In this document: piece by piece, positions 10,916 through 21,301 of the stretch | How positions within the stretch are numbered: the first letter of the stretch is position 1 | Layout: every line of letters starts with the position of its first letter | Assembly: GCA_963665275.2 (NCBI GenBank) | Contig: CAXXIN010000016.1 | Location: 32,001 to 96,000, forward strand | Reading direction: 5' to 3' | DNA length: 64,000 nt | From: Negativicutes bacterium | GTDB lineage: Bacteria > Bacillota > Negativicutes > UBA1444 | Position numbers and translations under genes: made by a program | The notes under the pieces: model-generated | Database searches by the model: none | The model's input: the letters and a program-made list of their open reading frames with translations, nothing else | Told to the model about the DNA's origin: nothing

Positions 10916-12664
10916 ATGACGCATGAAATACATGGCGCTTTGATCGAAAATCTGAGAATCTATCAAGAATGCATTGCCTGTTCACCTAATGGGGTTATTA
11001 TTGTTGACGACGAAGACCGAATTTTTGAATATAACAAATCGACTGAAATTTTGACAGGTATCAAACGAGAAATTGCATTAAAGCAGAGGTTTGTTGATGT
11101 TTTGCCACAAATAACGCTGGGGCTTATTTCTGAGGAAGAATGCCGGTGTGCGATTAATGATAGAGATCTTTTGATTAAAAAAGTGTTTGTTCAGGCAAAA
11201 GGAACTCGCGGTCATTACCAGATTCTTATATTACAAGATTTGTCGGCGACGGTTAAGATGGCCATGGAAGTTGAAAAAACGCAAGACGCAATCAAAGAAC
11301 TTGAGATGATACTTGAAGGATCGTTTGATGGTATTTTAGTAACGGATAAAGACTGCAATGTCTTGATGGTTAATCAAGCATACGGACGCTTAACAGCTAT
11401 TGGCAAAGAAGAAATGACCGGAAAAAATATGCGCGAGTTGCTGAACCCGGTGTATATGAAAAATTCGGTGGCATTGGTAGTTGCGGAAGAGAAACGAACA
11501 GTATCGATGCATCACACAACACGGCATGGAAAAAGTGTTATTGTTACAGGCACACCTGTTTTGGATAATAATGGGGATTTGTATCGGATTGTTATCAATC
11601 TTAGAGACATTTCGGAGATATATAAATTACGGGAAGAATTGTTAAAGGCAAAGGCAGTGGAAAAGGTTTATTTTCAAAAAATGATGACCGACGAAACGGC
11701 GGAAGAACAAGCGACAGTGGTCATCGCTGCAAATGAAAAAGTGCGTGAGATTTTTGCGCTAGCGAAAAAAATATGTAATTATAATGTGACAGTTCTCATT
11801 TTGGGAGAGTCTGGCGTCGGAAAAGAAGAAATGGCTAAATATATTCATGGCAGCAGTATTCGCAAAGATGCTCCTTTCATCGCCATTAATTGCGGCGCCA
11901 TACCGGAAAATCTATTGGAATCCGAACTGTTTGGTTATGATAAAGGCGCATTTACGGGTGCCGCTAAAGAGGGAAAAAAAGGGCTCTTTGAAATCGCCAA
12001 TGGAGGCACGTTGTTTTTAGATGAAATTGGTGATATGCCGTTAAATATGCAGGTGAAGTTGTTACGGTTTTTAGAAAACCGCGAAATCGTCAGAGTGGGC
12101 GCAACGGCGCCTACTTCCGTTGATGTTAGAATTTTGGTCGCAACGAATAAAGATTTGTGGAAAATGGTCGAGAAGGGATCCTTTCGCGAAGATTTATATT
12201 ACCGTTTGAATGTTGTGCAATTAAATATTCCACCGTTGCGAAATAGAAAGGAAGATATTCCTTTACTATGTCTCCATTTCTTACAAAAATACAATAGGCA
12301 ATACCAGCAAAACAAAAAAATGACTTATGATGTTATCAAAAACATGGAAGAACAGCCATGGAGAGGGAATATACGAGAATTGCGTAACACAATCGAAAAA
12401 ATGGTTGTTCTATGCAATAATGAATATTTGCAATTGGATGATTTGCCTTGGGCGAGCCTGGGCAACAAAAGAAATTCCTCTGCGCTTGAAGGAACCAGTG
12501 AGAATATAACTTTTAATGAAGCAATAGAGGCACTGGAAAGGAAATTGTTGAGCGAGGCGCTTCAGAAATATAAATCAACTCGAAAGATGGCCGAAGCGCT
12601 AAAAATTGACCAATCTTCTATTGTACGAAAGATGGAGAAGTATTGTTTAAAAAATAAAGAATAG
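10916..12664 (+). CDS. PAS-domain sigma54 enhancer-binding transcriptional activator
   Basis: Two PAS-like regions, GESGVGKE, GAFTGA, LFLDEI, FREDLYYRL, C-terminal HTH. Confidence 0.94.
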   Translation: MTHEIHGALIENLRIYQECIACSPNGVIIVDDEDRIFEYNKSTEILTGIKREIALKQRFVDVLPQITLGLISEEECRCAINDRDLLIKKVFVQAKGTRGHYQILILQDLSATVKMAMEVEKTQDAIKELEMILEGSFDGILVTDKDCNVLMVNQAYGRLTAIGKEEMTGKNMRELLNPVYMKNSVALVVAEEKRTVSMHHTTRHGKSVIVTGTPVLDNNGDLYRIVINLRDISEIYKLREELLKAKAVEKVYFQKMMTDETAEEQATVVIAANEKVREIFALAKKICNYNVTVLILGESGVGKEEMAKYIHGSSIRKDAPFIAINCGAIPENLLESELFGYDKGAFTGAAKEGKKGLFEIANGGTLFLDEIGDMPLNMQVKLLRFLENREIVRVGATAPTSVDVRILVATNKDLWKMVEKGSFREDLYYRLNVVQLNIPPLRNRKEDIPLLCLHFLQKYNRQYQQNKKMTYDVIKNMEEQPWRGNIRELRNTIEKMVVLCNNEYLQLDDLPWASLGNKRNSSALEGTSENITFNEAIEALERKLLSEALQKYKSTRKMAEALKIDQSSIVRKMEKYCLKNKE

Positions 12665-12679
12665 AAACCTGCAAAATAG

Positions 12680-12728
12680 AAAAAACGATGCGAAATAACA
12701 TCTCTGATGTTATTTCGCATCGTTTTTT
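12680..12728. promoter_or_regulatory. Perfect 23-bp inverted repeat: tandem GATG(C/T)-N6-(G/A)CATC sites (putative enhancer) and/or terminator
   Basis: aaaaaacgatgcgaaataacatc-tct-gatgttatttcgcatcgtttttt, about 205 bp upstream of a sigma54 promoter. Confidence 0.65.
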
Positions 12729-12925
12729 TCTTTCCAAGCTGCATATTGCTAGTTTTGGCGAAGAAGTGGCGCTTTCTTAAATGTCGGTACGTACAATTGG
12801 CTATTAATCTAAACATAGCAAAGGTAAGTATATTGGCGCTTCAGAGAAATTAAAAGATGCTCAGAACTTTTGCAAAAACAGGATGCCTATTCATGGGGAA
12901 CCAATCATACAATTGCCTTTTTAGT

Positions 12926-12940
12926 TGGCATGGTTATTGC
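12926..12940 (+). promoter_or_regulatory. Sigma54 (-24/-12) promoter of the dehydratase operon
   Basis: TGGCATGGTTATTGC, exact GG-N10-GC spacing, immediately downstream of the activator gene. Confidence 0.85.
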
Positions 12941-13000
12941 ATAGTCATCTTATATCAATCACTTACATTGCTACCCAAAATGAAAACGGGGGGATTGTTC

Positions 13001-14218
13001 ATGGAAGCGAAGAAAACGTCTAAAGACCTATTGTCTGATCTGCTCGCCAAACACTATGAAGAAGCGGCAGACGCCAAAAAAAATGGCGAAATTGTTGCTT
13101 GGTCAACCTCCATTGCGCCGCAGGAGTTGTTGGAAACTTTAGACATTAAAGTTGTTTATCCTGAAAATCATTCTGCAGCAATTGGCGCGCGGAAATGTGC
13201 GCAGGAATTTATCGATCAGGCTGAAGGGGATAGCTATTCCAACGATTTGTGTTCTTATGCACGCGTTAATGTGGGATATATGACAATTCAGGAAAGTGTG
13301 GCCGGTAATATCCCGTTACCGGATGTTCTTTTTTGCTGCAATAACATCTGCAATACGGTTATTAAATGGTATGAAAACATTGCCAAAGAGTTAAATATCC
13401 CCATGATTCTTTTTGATATGCCATTCAACCATGAATACGAGGTTTCTGAAAATAATGTGCGTTACATCAGAGGTCAGTTTGAAAGCGCAATTAAACAATT
13501 AGAAGGCATTTCTGGAAAGAAATTTGACCGTGATCGTTTTAAAGACGTTATGGGCATATCTTCAGAAACTGCAAAATGGTGGAAAAAATCTACTTCATTG
13601 GCGATTGCCAAACCATCACCCTTAAATGGATTTGATATGTTTAATTATATGGCTACAATCGTTTGTATGAGGGGAAAGCAGGAAGGACTGGATCTTTTTA
13701 AATTGTGGGCAGAAGAATTGCAAGGGAAAATTGACCGTAAAGAAGGCCCTTGGAAGGATCAGGAAGAAAAATATCGGATTATGTGGGATGGTATTGCGTG
13801 TTGGCCTCATTTGGGCAATACCTATAAAGTTCTAAAGAAATATGGCATCAATATGGTAACTTCGACGTATCCGGACTCATGGAAAATCGTATATGAAAAT
13901 GATGATTTAGACGGAATGGCACGCGCCTATAGTTCAAACTATGTGAATCGCAATTTAGATTTTGGTACGGACAATATTGTCAATCTGGTGAATGATTTCT
14001 CGTTAGACGGGATTGTTTTTCATTCGAATCGCAGCTGTAAATTGATGGATTTTCGTCAATATGAAGTCCAACGTAAAGTGCAAGCTAGGACGGGAATTCC
14101 TTCCGTAATTTTTGATGGAGATCAAACCGATCCCCGCGCTTTCTCATTAGCACAATATGAGACTCGTATCCAGGCTCTTGTCGAAATGATGGAACAAAAT
14201 AAGAGAAAGGATGCATAA
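13001..14218 (+). CDS. hadB: (R)-2-hydroxyacyl-CoA dehydratase alpha subunit (HadB/FldB family; substrate unknown)
   Basis: YPENH, DLCSYAR, CCNNICN, NRSCK, FDGDQTDPR; symbol denotes closest family. Confidence 0.88.
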   Translation: MEAKKTSKDLLSDLLAKHYEEAADAKKNGEIVAWSTSIAPQELLETLDIKVVYPENHSAAIGARKCAQEFIDQAEGDSYSNDLCSYARVNVGYMTIQESVAGNIPLPDVLFCCNNICNTVIKWYENIAKELNIPMILFDMPFNHEYEVSENNVRYIRGQFESAIKQLEGISGKKFDRDRFKDVMGISSETAKWWKKSTSLAIAKPSPLNGFDMFNYMATIVCMRGKQEGLDLFKLWAEELQGKIDRKEGPWKDQEEKYRIMWDGIACWPHLGNTYKVLKKYGINMVTSTYPDSWKIVYENDDLDGMARAYSSNYVNRNLDFGTDNIVNLVNDFSLDGIVFHSNRSCKLMDFRQYEVQRKVQARTGIPSVIFDGDQTDPRAFSLAQYETRIQALVEMMEQNKRKDA

Positions 14219-14221
14219 AAC

Positions 14222-15352
14222 ATGAAACAATTACAGAGTTTGATAGCCGAACTCGAAACGGCAGCTCTCAATCCAATTAAAACCTTAAAAAAGGCGATGG
14301 AGACTTCGAAAAAACCAGCAGTCGGCTGTTTTCCCTATTACACACCAGATGAATTGATTTATGCTGCGGGATTTATTCCTGTAGGGTTGTGGGGTGGGCA
14401 AACAGATATTAAATTGGCTGACACCTATTTGCAAAGTTTTTGTTGTTCGATTATGCGAGAAAACATGGAGCAAGGGATGAGGGGTCAATATGATTTCCTG
14501 TCGGCCATCATTATTCCCACTTATTGCGATACATTAAAATGCATTTGTGAAAATTGGAAAGTGGCTGTTCCGCAAGTCCCTCTCATTCCCATGGTTTATC
14601 CTCAAAACCGCAAAATTCAGGCGGGCATTGATTACTTGGTGTCGGAATATAAACGAGTTCAAGAAATTCTTGAAGAGATTTCGGGCGAAAAAATTACCGA
14701 AGAAAATTTGGCGAGCAGTTTTGCGCTTTATGAAGAATACCGCAAAGTAATGCGTGAGTTTACGACTATGGCCGTTCATTACCCGATTACAATCAACGCC
14801 AAAACCAGGCAACTAATAATTAAAGCGGCGTTTTTTATGGATAAAAAAGATTATGTTCTCCAATTACAAGAGATTTGCCGAAAACTTTCAGAACAGCCGC
14901 ACGAAAAATTTGCGGGCAAAAAAGTAGTAATGACAGGGATTATGGCTGAGCCGGCAGGCCTACTGGACATATTTGTGCAAAATAACGTGGCCGTTGCGGC
15001 GGACGATTTGGCTGACTCATCCAGACAATTCAGATTAGACAGCTCGAGAGGGAATACTGTATATGAAAAAATGGCATGCCGCATTGCCGATCAATGTGGT
15101 TGCTCGTTGCTGTTTGACGCTGAAAAAGAACGCGGACAACTATTGGTTGATTTGGTCAAAGATACTAGTTCGGATGGGATCGTTGTCGCAATGATGAAAT
15201 TTTGCGATCCAGAAGAATTCGATTATCCGATTTACAAGAAGGAACTGGAAGCTGCCAATATTCCAATATTGTATCTGGAAATCGAGCAAAAAATGGACTC
15301 ACTGGAACAGATTCGAACACGGGTACAAAGCTTTATCGAAATGTTGGGATGA
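14222..15352 (+). CDS. hadC: (R)-2-hydroxyacyl-CoA dehydratase beta subunit (HadC/FldC family)
   Basis: YLQSFCCSI, CDTLKC, MKFCDPEEFDYP; adjacent to alpha subunit. Confidence 0.88.
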   Translation: MKQLQSLIAELETAALNPIKTLKKAMETSKKPAVGCFPYYTPDELIYAAGFIPVGLWGGQTDIKLADTYLQSFCCSIMRENMEQGMRGQYDFLSAIIIPTYCDTLKCICENWKVAVPQVPLIPMVYPQNRKIQAGIDYLVSEYKRVQEILEEISGEKITEENLASSFALYEEYRKVMREFTTMAVHYPITINAKTRQLIIKAAFFMDKKDYVLQLQEICRKLSEQPHEKFAGKKVVMTGIMAEPAGLLDIFVQNNVAVAADDLADSSRQFRLDSSRGNTVYEKMACRIADQCGCSLLFDAEKERGQLLVDLVKDTSSDGIVVAMMKFCDPEEFDYPIYKKELEAANIPILYLEIEQKMDSLEQIRTRVQSFIEMLG

Positions 15353-15408
15353 TTGGCGATGAAGCTGATTTGCAACAAAGGAAATGGAGACCAAACAAGG
15401 AGGCCAGT

Positions 15409-16173
15409 ATGTTTTTAGGTGTGGACATTGGCTCATCCTCATCCAAAGCAGTAATCTTGAATAATCAAAGAGAAGTGCTTTCCTTAGCTGTAATTAACAC
15501 AGGCACGGGTACGCGAGGGCCGGAAAAAGCAGTTGCGACTGCGTTGGAACAAGCAGAATTGATAACCTCCGACATAAAATATACAGTTGTAACCGGATAT
15601 GGCCGGATTACTTATGACAAGGCTGACCGGCAAATCACAGAAATCAGTTGCCATGGTCGCGGCGCGTTTTTTTTAGCGCCGCAGGCGAAAACTATTATTG
15701 ATATCGGTGGACAGGATGCGAAAATTATTCGACTTGATAACAATGGAAGAATCGAGAACTTTGTAATGAATGAAAAATGCGCAGCAGGAACAGGTCGGTT
15801 TTTGGAAGTCATGGCTCGTATTTTAGATTGCGGAATCGGAGAATTGTCGGATTTGTCGCTGCGGGCAACAAAGGAACTCGCTATTAGCAGTACCTGCACG
15901 GTGTTTGCCGAATCAGAAGTTATTTCGCAGCTGGCAGCTGGGGCAGCGAAAGAAGATGTTGCGCAAGGCGCCCATCGATCGGTAGCCAATCGTATTGCCG
16001 GACTAGCCGCGCGGATCGGCGTTCGCCAAAAAGTCGTCATGACCGGAGGGGTTGCCTTGAATTCAAGTATGGTTGCTTGCTTGGCGCAGGAAATCGGACA
16101 TGAAATTACAGTTCTGCCGATGTCGCAAGTGGTTGGTGCGCTAGGCGCCGCACTATATGCGGTCGAATCTTAA
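15409..16173 (+). CDS. hadI: 2-hydroxyacyl-CoA dehydratase activator (ASKHA ATPase, HadI/FldI/HgdC family)
   Basis: GVDIGSSSSK, TGYGR, EISCH, DIGGQD, MNEKCAAGTG, STCTVFAESE. Confidence 0.92.
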   Translation: MFLGVDIGSSSSKAVILNNQREVLSLAVINTGTGTRGPEKAVATALEQAELITSDIKYTVVTGYGRITYDKADRQITEISCHGRGAFFLAPQAKTIIDIGGQDAKIIRLDNNGRIENFVMNEKCAAGTGRFLEVMARILDCGIGELSDLSLRATKELAISSTCTVFAESEVISQLAAGAAKEDVAQGAHRSVANRIAGLAARIGVRQKVVMTGGVALNSSMVACLAQEIGHEITVLPMSQVVGALGAALYAVES

Positions 16174-16237
16174 AAATATTAAAAGGTACGCACAGGCAAA
16201 ACGTTTTCCGGTGCGTACACTGTGAGGTGAAGTGATC

Positions 16238-17008
16238 ATGAACTCACTAATTAGCATTGAAAAGACAGAGAGTATCGCTATAGTAAGGGTAAATCGTCCA
16301 AAGCAGTACAATGCCTTAAGCAGAGAAACCATTAATCAGCTTGATGCAGTTTTAGAGGCGGTTCGACAAGATGCCTCCATTCATGCGTTAATCCTGACCG
16401 GTGAGAAAAACTTCGCCGCGGGAGCGGACATCGGTGACATGACGCACTTAACGCCGCAAGAGGCGCAGGCTTTTTTATTCGCCGACACTTTCCGCAAACT
16501 GGAGTTATTACCAATACCGACGATTGCGGCTATTTGCGGGTATGCTCTGGGCGGGGGGCTCGAAATGGCGTTGGCGTGCGATATTCGCATTGCTTCAGAG
16601 GAGGCCCAGATGGGGTTGCCGGAGATTAGTTTGGGCATTATGCCCGGAGCAGGCGGGACTGTTCGTCTGCCCAAATTAGTCGGTATTGGAAAAGCGAAAG
16701 AACTGATTTTTTCCGGCCGGAAAATTGCCGCTGCGGAGGCCTTTCAATGTGGATTGGTCCAACAAGTTGTGGCGCCGGAGGATCTGATGTCCGCCGCCTG
16801 CGAATTGGCGAAAAAATTGGCTCGCCAATCGATGACAGCGTTGATGAGTGCTAAAACAATGCTGAATTTTAGTGCAGAAATGCCACCGGAAGCTGCTTTT
16901 AAAATGGAGGCGGGATACTGGTCAGGGCTTTTCGGTTCGCCGGATCAGGTTGAAGGCATGCAAGCTTTCATTGAAAAACGAAAACCTAAATTTAATATGC
17001 AGAAATAG
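16238..17008 (+). CDS. crt: Enoyl-CoA hydratase (crotonase)
   Basis: FAAGADI, GYALGGGLE, GLPEISLGIMPGAGGT; both catalytic Glu present. Confidence 0.88.
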   Translation: MNSLISIEKTESIAIVRVNRPKQYNALSRETINQLDAVLEAVRQDASIHALILTGEKNFAAGADIGDMTHLTPQEAQAFLFADTFRKLELLPIPTIAAICGYALGGGLEMALACDIRIASEEAQMGLPEISLGIMPGAGGTVRLPKLVGIGKAKELIFSGRKIAAAEAFQCGLVQQVVAPEDLMSAACELAKKLARQSMTALMSAKTMLNFSAEMPPEAAFKMEAGYWSGLFGSPDQVEGMQAFIEKRKPKFNMQK

Positions 17009-17024
17009 AAAAGAGGGTTTAAAA

Positions 17025-18206
17025 ATGAAAAATGTTGTGATTGTTGCTGCGTGTCGTACTGCGATTGGTTCATTGGGTGGAGTCTTTAAAGATCTTACCG
17101 CATTGGACTTAAGCATTCCGGTTATGAAGAATTTGCTTAGCCGGTCTGGAATCGAAGCAGGCGCTATTGAGGATGTAATCTGGGGATGCAATTATCAAAA
17201 AACATATAAAGAGAACAATCTGGCTCGCGTGGCTGCCGTTAAAGCCGGGTTGCCTGTGACCGTTCCCGGAATTACCGTTCATCGTAACTGCACTTCTTCA
17301 ATGTCCTCGATTCAACTGGGGTTCTATCAGATTCGAGCCGGTGAAGCGAACGCTATTATGGCTGGCGGCGCTGAAAGCATGAGTAATGCACCACACATGG
17401 TGCTGGATTTTCGACGCGGGAAAAAATTCGGCAATAGTGAAATCCGTGATTCGATGTGGGACTCGTTGACGAATTTGGGGATTGGACCGGCCATGGGGAT
17501 TACGGCTGAAAACCTGGCGGAGAAGTATTCGATTTCTCGTGAGGAGCAGGACGAATTGGCGTTCGTCAGTCAGGAACGAGCCGGTGTGGCGCTATATAGT
17601 GGAAGATTCAAAGACGAAATTATTCCAGTTTCGATTCACAGTAAGAAAGAGACAATTCAGGTTGATACTGACGAATATCCCAAAAAGGGAACGACGATGG
17701 AAAGCCTTGCTAAGCTGAAACCCGCTTTTAAAGACGACGGGACCGTCACTGCCGGTAATGCATCAGGAATGAATGATGGGGCTGCCGGAGTGATTCTTGT
17801 GTCGGAAGAAAAAGCGAAAGCGTGGGGTTTGCCGATTTTGGCAAGAATCGTTTCGGTTGCGACAACCGGAGTTGATCCTGACATTATGGGCATCGGACCG
17901 GTCAGTGCGTCTCAAAAGGCATTGGAAAAAGCGGGCCTGACGTTAAAAGATATTGAGTTGTTTGAAATTAACGAGGCCTTTGCAGCGCAGTATTTGGCTG
18001 TTGAAAAGGTATTGGGACTGGATCGTACCATTACCAATGTGAATGGCAGCGGTATTGCTTTGGGGCACCCAGTTGGCTGTAGCGGCAGTCGTTTGGTTAC
18101 TTCGTTGGTTTATGAAATGAAAAAACGCCACAATCGTTACGGGCTGGCTTCTTTGTGCGCCGGCGGCGGCATGGGAACCACGGTTATTTTGGAAGTGAAC
18201 GGCTGA
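17025..18206 (+). CDS. thlA: Acetyl-CoA C-acetyltransferase (thiolase)
   Basis: Active-site Cys (RNCTSS), NEAFA, GHPVG, CAGGG. Confidence 0.92.
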   Translation: MKNVVIVAACRTAIGSLGGVFKDLTALDLSIPVMKNLLSRSGIEAGAIEDVIWGCNYQKTYKENNLARVAAVKAGLPVTVPGITVHRNCTSSMSSIQLGFYQIRAGEANAIMAGGAESMSNAPHMVLDFRRGKKFGNSEIRDSMWDSLTNLGIGPAMGITAENLAEKYSISREEQDELAFVSQERAGVALYSGRFKDEIIPVSIHSKKETIQVDTDEYPKKGTTMESLAKLKPAFKDDGTVTAGNASGMNDGAAGVILVSEEKAKAWGLPILARIVSVATTGVDPDIMGIGPVSASQKALEKAGLTLKDIELFEINEAFAAQYLAVEKVLGLDRTITNVNGSGIALGHPVGCSGSRLVTSLVYEMKKRHNRYGLASLCAGGGMGTTVILEVNG

Positions 18207-18238
18207 TACCACATAATAAAGCAAGGGGTGATGGATTT

Positions 18239-19099
18239 ATGGGACAAAAAATTGGGATTATTGGCGCTGGCATGATGGGAGCGGAAATCGCTTTAGCTTT
18301 CGCCCAAAATGATTTTACTGTTATTCTTAATGATGTGACGTTACCAATGGCCGAAAGAGGGAAAACCATACAGACATCGATTCTGGATAAAAACATTCGC
18401 AAAGGGCAGTTGGCTCCACATGAAAAAGAAGCGATTTTGGCGCGCGTTACTCCTACTGATCAGCTGTCGGCGATGAGTGACTGTGATGCTGTAATTGAAG
18501 CTGCTTTTGAAGATTTCAATGTTAAAAGTAAAATCTTTGCTTCCTTGGACGGCTTGTGCAAAACAGAGTGCCTTTTTGCCAGCAATACGTCCAGTATTCC
18601 TATCACTAAATTGGCTTCTTCGGTGAGCCCTGAACGCGCGAAACAGTTTTTGGGCATGCATTTCTTTTCTCCTGCCAGCATAATGAAACTGGTTGAAGTC
18701 ATTCCGGGACTACTGTGCGAAGCAGATGCTGTTGTAAAGGCGCGTGAATTGGTGGTTGCCGTGCAGAAAACACCGATTACCGTGAAGGATGTGGCTGGAT
18801 TTGCGGTGAATAGGCTCTTTAATATCTTTAATATTGAAGCCATGCGATTGATTGAAGAAGGGGTCGCCAGCCCTGAAGATATTGATACCGCCTGTAAACT
18901 GGGATTAGGTCATCCCATGGGACCCATCGAATTGTTGGATATCACGAGCTTGGATTTGAATCTCAAAATCCATGAAGTGTTATTCAACGAATATGGGGAG
19001 CGGTTTCGTCCGCGTCCCCTGCTGCGAACAATGATAGCGGCCGGGTTGTTGGGTAAAAAAGTTGGCCGTGGTTTTTACAAATATAAACCAAAGCCCTAA
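18239..19099 (+). CDS. hbd: 3-hydroxyacyl-CoA dehydrogenase
   Basis: GAGMMG, ASNTSS, GMHFFSP, GFAVNR, LGKKVGRGFY. Confidence 0.92.
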   Translation: MGQKIGIIGAGMMGAEIALAFAQNDFTVILNDVTLPMAERGKTIQTSILDKNIRKGQLAPHEKEAILARVTPTDQLSAMSDCDAVIEAAFEDFNVKSKIFASLDGLCKTECLFASNTSSIPITKLASSVSPERAKQFLGMHFFSPASIMKLVEVIPGLLCEADAVVKARELVVAVQKTPITVKDVAGFAVNRLFNIFNIEAMRLIEEGVASPEDIDTACKLGLGHPMGPIELLDITSLDLNLKIHEVLFNEYGERFRPRPLLRTMIAAGLLGKKVGRGFYKYKPKP

Positions 19100-19219
19100 C
19101 ACCTAAACACATGTCGTAATCTATAGGCTATCGAGCGCATACCTGATAAAATGAAATGGAATACTTATTGGCAACAAAAAAACCGAAAATATTAATAAAA
19201 CTAAGGGGGATATAAAGGC

Positions 19220-20668
19220 ATGAAAACAGCGGAACAGTATGAAGCTAGCCTGCGGGAACTCAAGTTGAAGGTGTATCTTCAGGGTGAACTGGTTAACCCT
19301 GTCGACCATCCGATTCTCAGGCCATCCATGAACTCGGTTAAAGCAACGTATGAGTTGGCAGAAAAACCGGAATATGCAGATCTGATGACTGCGACCTCTC
19401 ATCTGACAGGAAAAAAAATTAACCGCTTCTGTCACTTGCATCAAAGTGCAGGTGATCTGGTGAAGAAAGTCAAAATGCAGCGATTGCTCGGACAAAAAAC
19501 CTCTGCTTGTTTTCAGCGTTGCGTAGGGATGGACGCGATCAATGCTGTTGACAGCGTGACCTTTGAAATGGACCAGAAGCTTGGAACACAGTATCATGCG
19601 CGTTTCGAAAAATTCTTGCTCAACATGCAGGAAGAAGATTGGACTGTCGATGGCGCAATGACCGACCCCAAAGGCGACCGCGGTTTGGCTCCCAGCAAAC
19701 AGGCAGATCCGGATTTGTTCGTTCACGTCGTGGAAAAACGTGCTGACGGTATCGTTGTCAGCGGCGCCAAAGCACATCAGACCGGTGCGATGAACTCTCA
19801 CTGGATATTGGTCATGCCGACAATCGCCATGAGCAAAGAAGATTCCGATTATGCAGTTAGCTTCGTCGCGCCGTCTGACGCCGACGGGATTTTTTACATC
19901 TGCGGACGCCAATCCTGCGATACCCGCAAATTGGAAGATGGAACCATCGATGTTGGCAACAAACAATTCGGTGGACACGAAGCATTGATGGTTTTTGATA
20001 ATCTGTTTATTCCATGGGAAAATGTGCTGATGTGCGGCGAGTATGAATTCAGCGGCGCATTGGTGGAACGCTTTGCCGGTTACCATCGACAAAGTTATGG
20101 CGGTTGCAAGGTCGGGGTTGGCGATGTGTTGATCGGGGCTGCGGCTTTGGCCGCCGATTACAACGGTGCGTACAAGGCGTCCCATCTCAAGGATAAATTG
20201 ATTGAGATGGTTCACTTGAACGAAACGCTATATGCCTGTGGAATCGCCTGCTCCGCAGAAGGATCCAAGACCGCATCGGGAAACTATATCATTGATCTGA
20301 TGCTGGCAAATGTCTGCAAGCAGAATGTGACCCGACTTCCCTATGAAATTGCCCGTTTGGCGCAAGATATTGCCGGGGGATTGATGGTGACGCTACCGTC
20401 GGAGAAAGATCTGCGAAGTCCTGAGATCGGGAAAGTCGTGGAGAAATACTTCAAAGGCGTAGCATCGGTTCCAACCGAACATCGTATGCGCATCCTGCGG
20501 CTCGTTGAGAATCTGACTCTCGGAACGGCGGCTGTCGGCTATCTGACTGAATCCATGCATGGAGCAGGCTCGCCGCAGGCTCAACGCATCATGATTGCGC
20601 GTCAGGCTAACCTCGAACAGAAAAAAGAACTGGCCAAGGCAATTGCCGGGATTCCTGCCGGAAAATAG
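19220..20668 (+). CDS. abfD: 4-hydroxybutyryl-CoA dehydratase / vinylacetyl-CoA isomerase
   Basis: CFQRCVG and YHRQSYGGCK Fe-S ligand motifs, AMTDPKGDR, ESMHGAGSP. Confidence 0.93.
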   Translation: MKTAEQYEASLRELKLKVYLQGELVNPVDHPILRPSMNSVKATYELAEKPEYADLMTATSHLTGKKINRFCHLHQSAGDLVKKVKMQRLLGQKTSACFQRCVGMDAINAVDSVTFEMDQKLGTQYHARFEKFLLNMQEEDWTVDGAMTDPKGDRGLAPSKQADPDLFVHVVEKRADGIVVSGAKAHQTGAMNSHWILVMPTIAMSKEDSDYAVSFVAPSDADGIFYICGRQSCDTRKLEDGTIDVGNKQFGGHEALMVFDNLFIPWENVLMCGEYEFSGALVERFAGYHRQSYGGCKVGVGDVLIGAAALAADYNGAYKASHLKDKLIEMVHLNETLYACGIACSAEGSKTASGNYIIDLMLANVCKQNVTRLPYEIARLAQDIAGGLMVTLPSEKDLRSPEIGKVVEKYFKGVASVPTEHRMRILRLVENLTLGTAAVGYLTESMHGAGSPQAQRIMIARQANLEQKKELAKAIAGIPAGK

Positions 20669-20674
20669 AGCATA

Positions 20675-20968
20675 ATGGACGCGCTGCAAAAAGTGATCGA
20701 AGACAAAATACGACCGATACTCCAATCGCATAATGGCGATATCGAACTAGTTGAAGTTACCCCTGATGGTTTTGTCAAAGTGAGACTGACCGGGGCATGC
20801 GCGGCATGCCCCGGAGCTCAAGCTACCCTCAACGAGGTAGTGGAATCCGCGTTGCAAGATGCCTGTCCAGAAATCAAGGGAGTACTTCCGGTAGCGCAAG
20901 TGGATCAGGAACTGATTGATATGGCGCTGAAAATCTTGCGTAGAGATAGAACCGGCCATGACGGGTAG
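20675..20968 (+). CDS. NifU C-terminal domain (Nfu) Fe-S carrier protein
   Basis: IRPILQSHNGDIEL, GACAACP. Confidence 0.88.
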   Translation: MDALQKVIEDKIRPILQSHNGDIELVEVTPDGFVKVRLTGACAACPGAQATLNEVVESALQDACPEIKGVLPVAQVDQELIDMALKILRRDRTGHDG

Positions 20969-21275
20969 CATTAATTTTTGCGGTGGATGTAACCCCAAAA
21001 TCGACAGAGTTGTCTTGGCGGAGGCAATAAAGAAAGCTCTGATCGCCCGAGGGATAAAGGTGGTCTACAATGCACTTGACGCTGATTTTACTGTGTATAT
21101 CAGCGGGTGCTCGGTCAATTGCGCCACTCGGTCGGTCGCTAGTGACCAATTCGCGGTCATTATTGCCGGTGCTGCCGTTGATTCTCAAGCGGTGTGCGAA
21201 GATTGCCTGGCAACCATAGCGATTCAACAAATAGAAGACTTCATTGCGAAAAAAGAAACTCCTGTCGTAGGATAA
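20958..21275 (+). CDS. Small Cys-motif hypothetical protein
   Basis: FCGGCNP and SGCSVNC; overlaps the Nfu gene end; followed by a terminator. Confidence 0.7.
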   Translation: MTGSINFCGGCNPKIDRVVLAEAIKKALIARGIKVVYNALDADFTVYISGCSVNCATRSVASDQFAVIIAGAAVDSQAVCEDCLATIAIQQIEDFIAKKETPVVG

Positions 21276-21291
21276 TCTATGACAGGAGTTT
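21256..21291. terminator. Bidirectional terminator between convergent genes
   Basis: aaactcctgtcgtag-gataat-ctatgacaggagttt. Confidence 0.7.
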
Positions 21292-21301
21292 TGCTTACAG
21301 C

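Noticed and set aside
19121-20215. Long antisense ORF (364 aa) and similar shadow ORFs such as 6353-7177 and 60770-61390
   Set aside because: They lie opposite well-conserved genes, lack RBS and recognisable motifs, and are expected by-products of codon bias.
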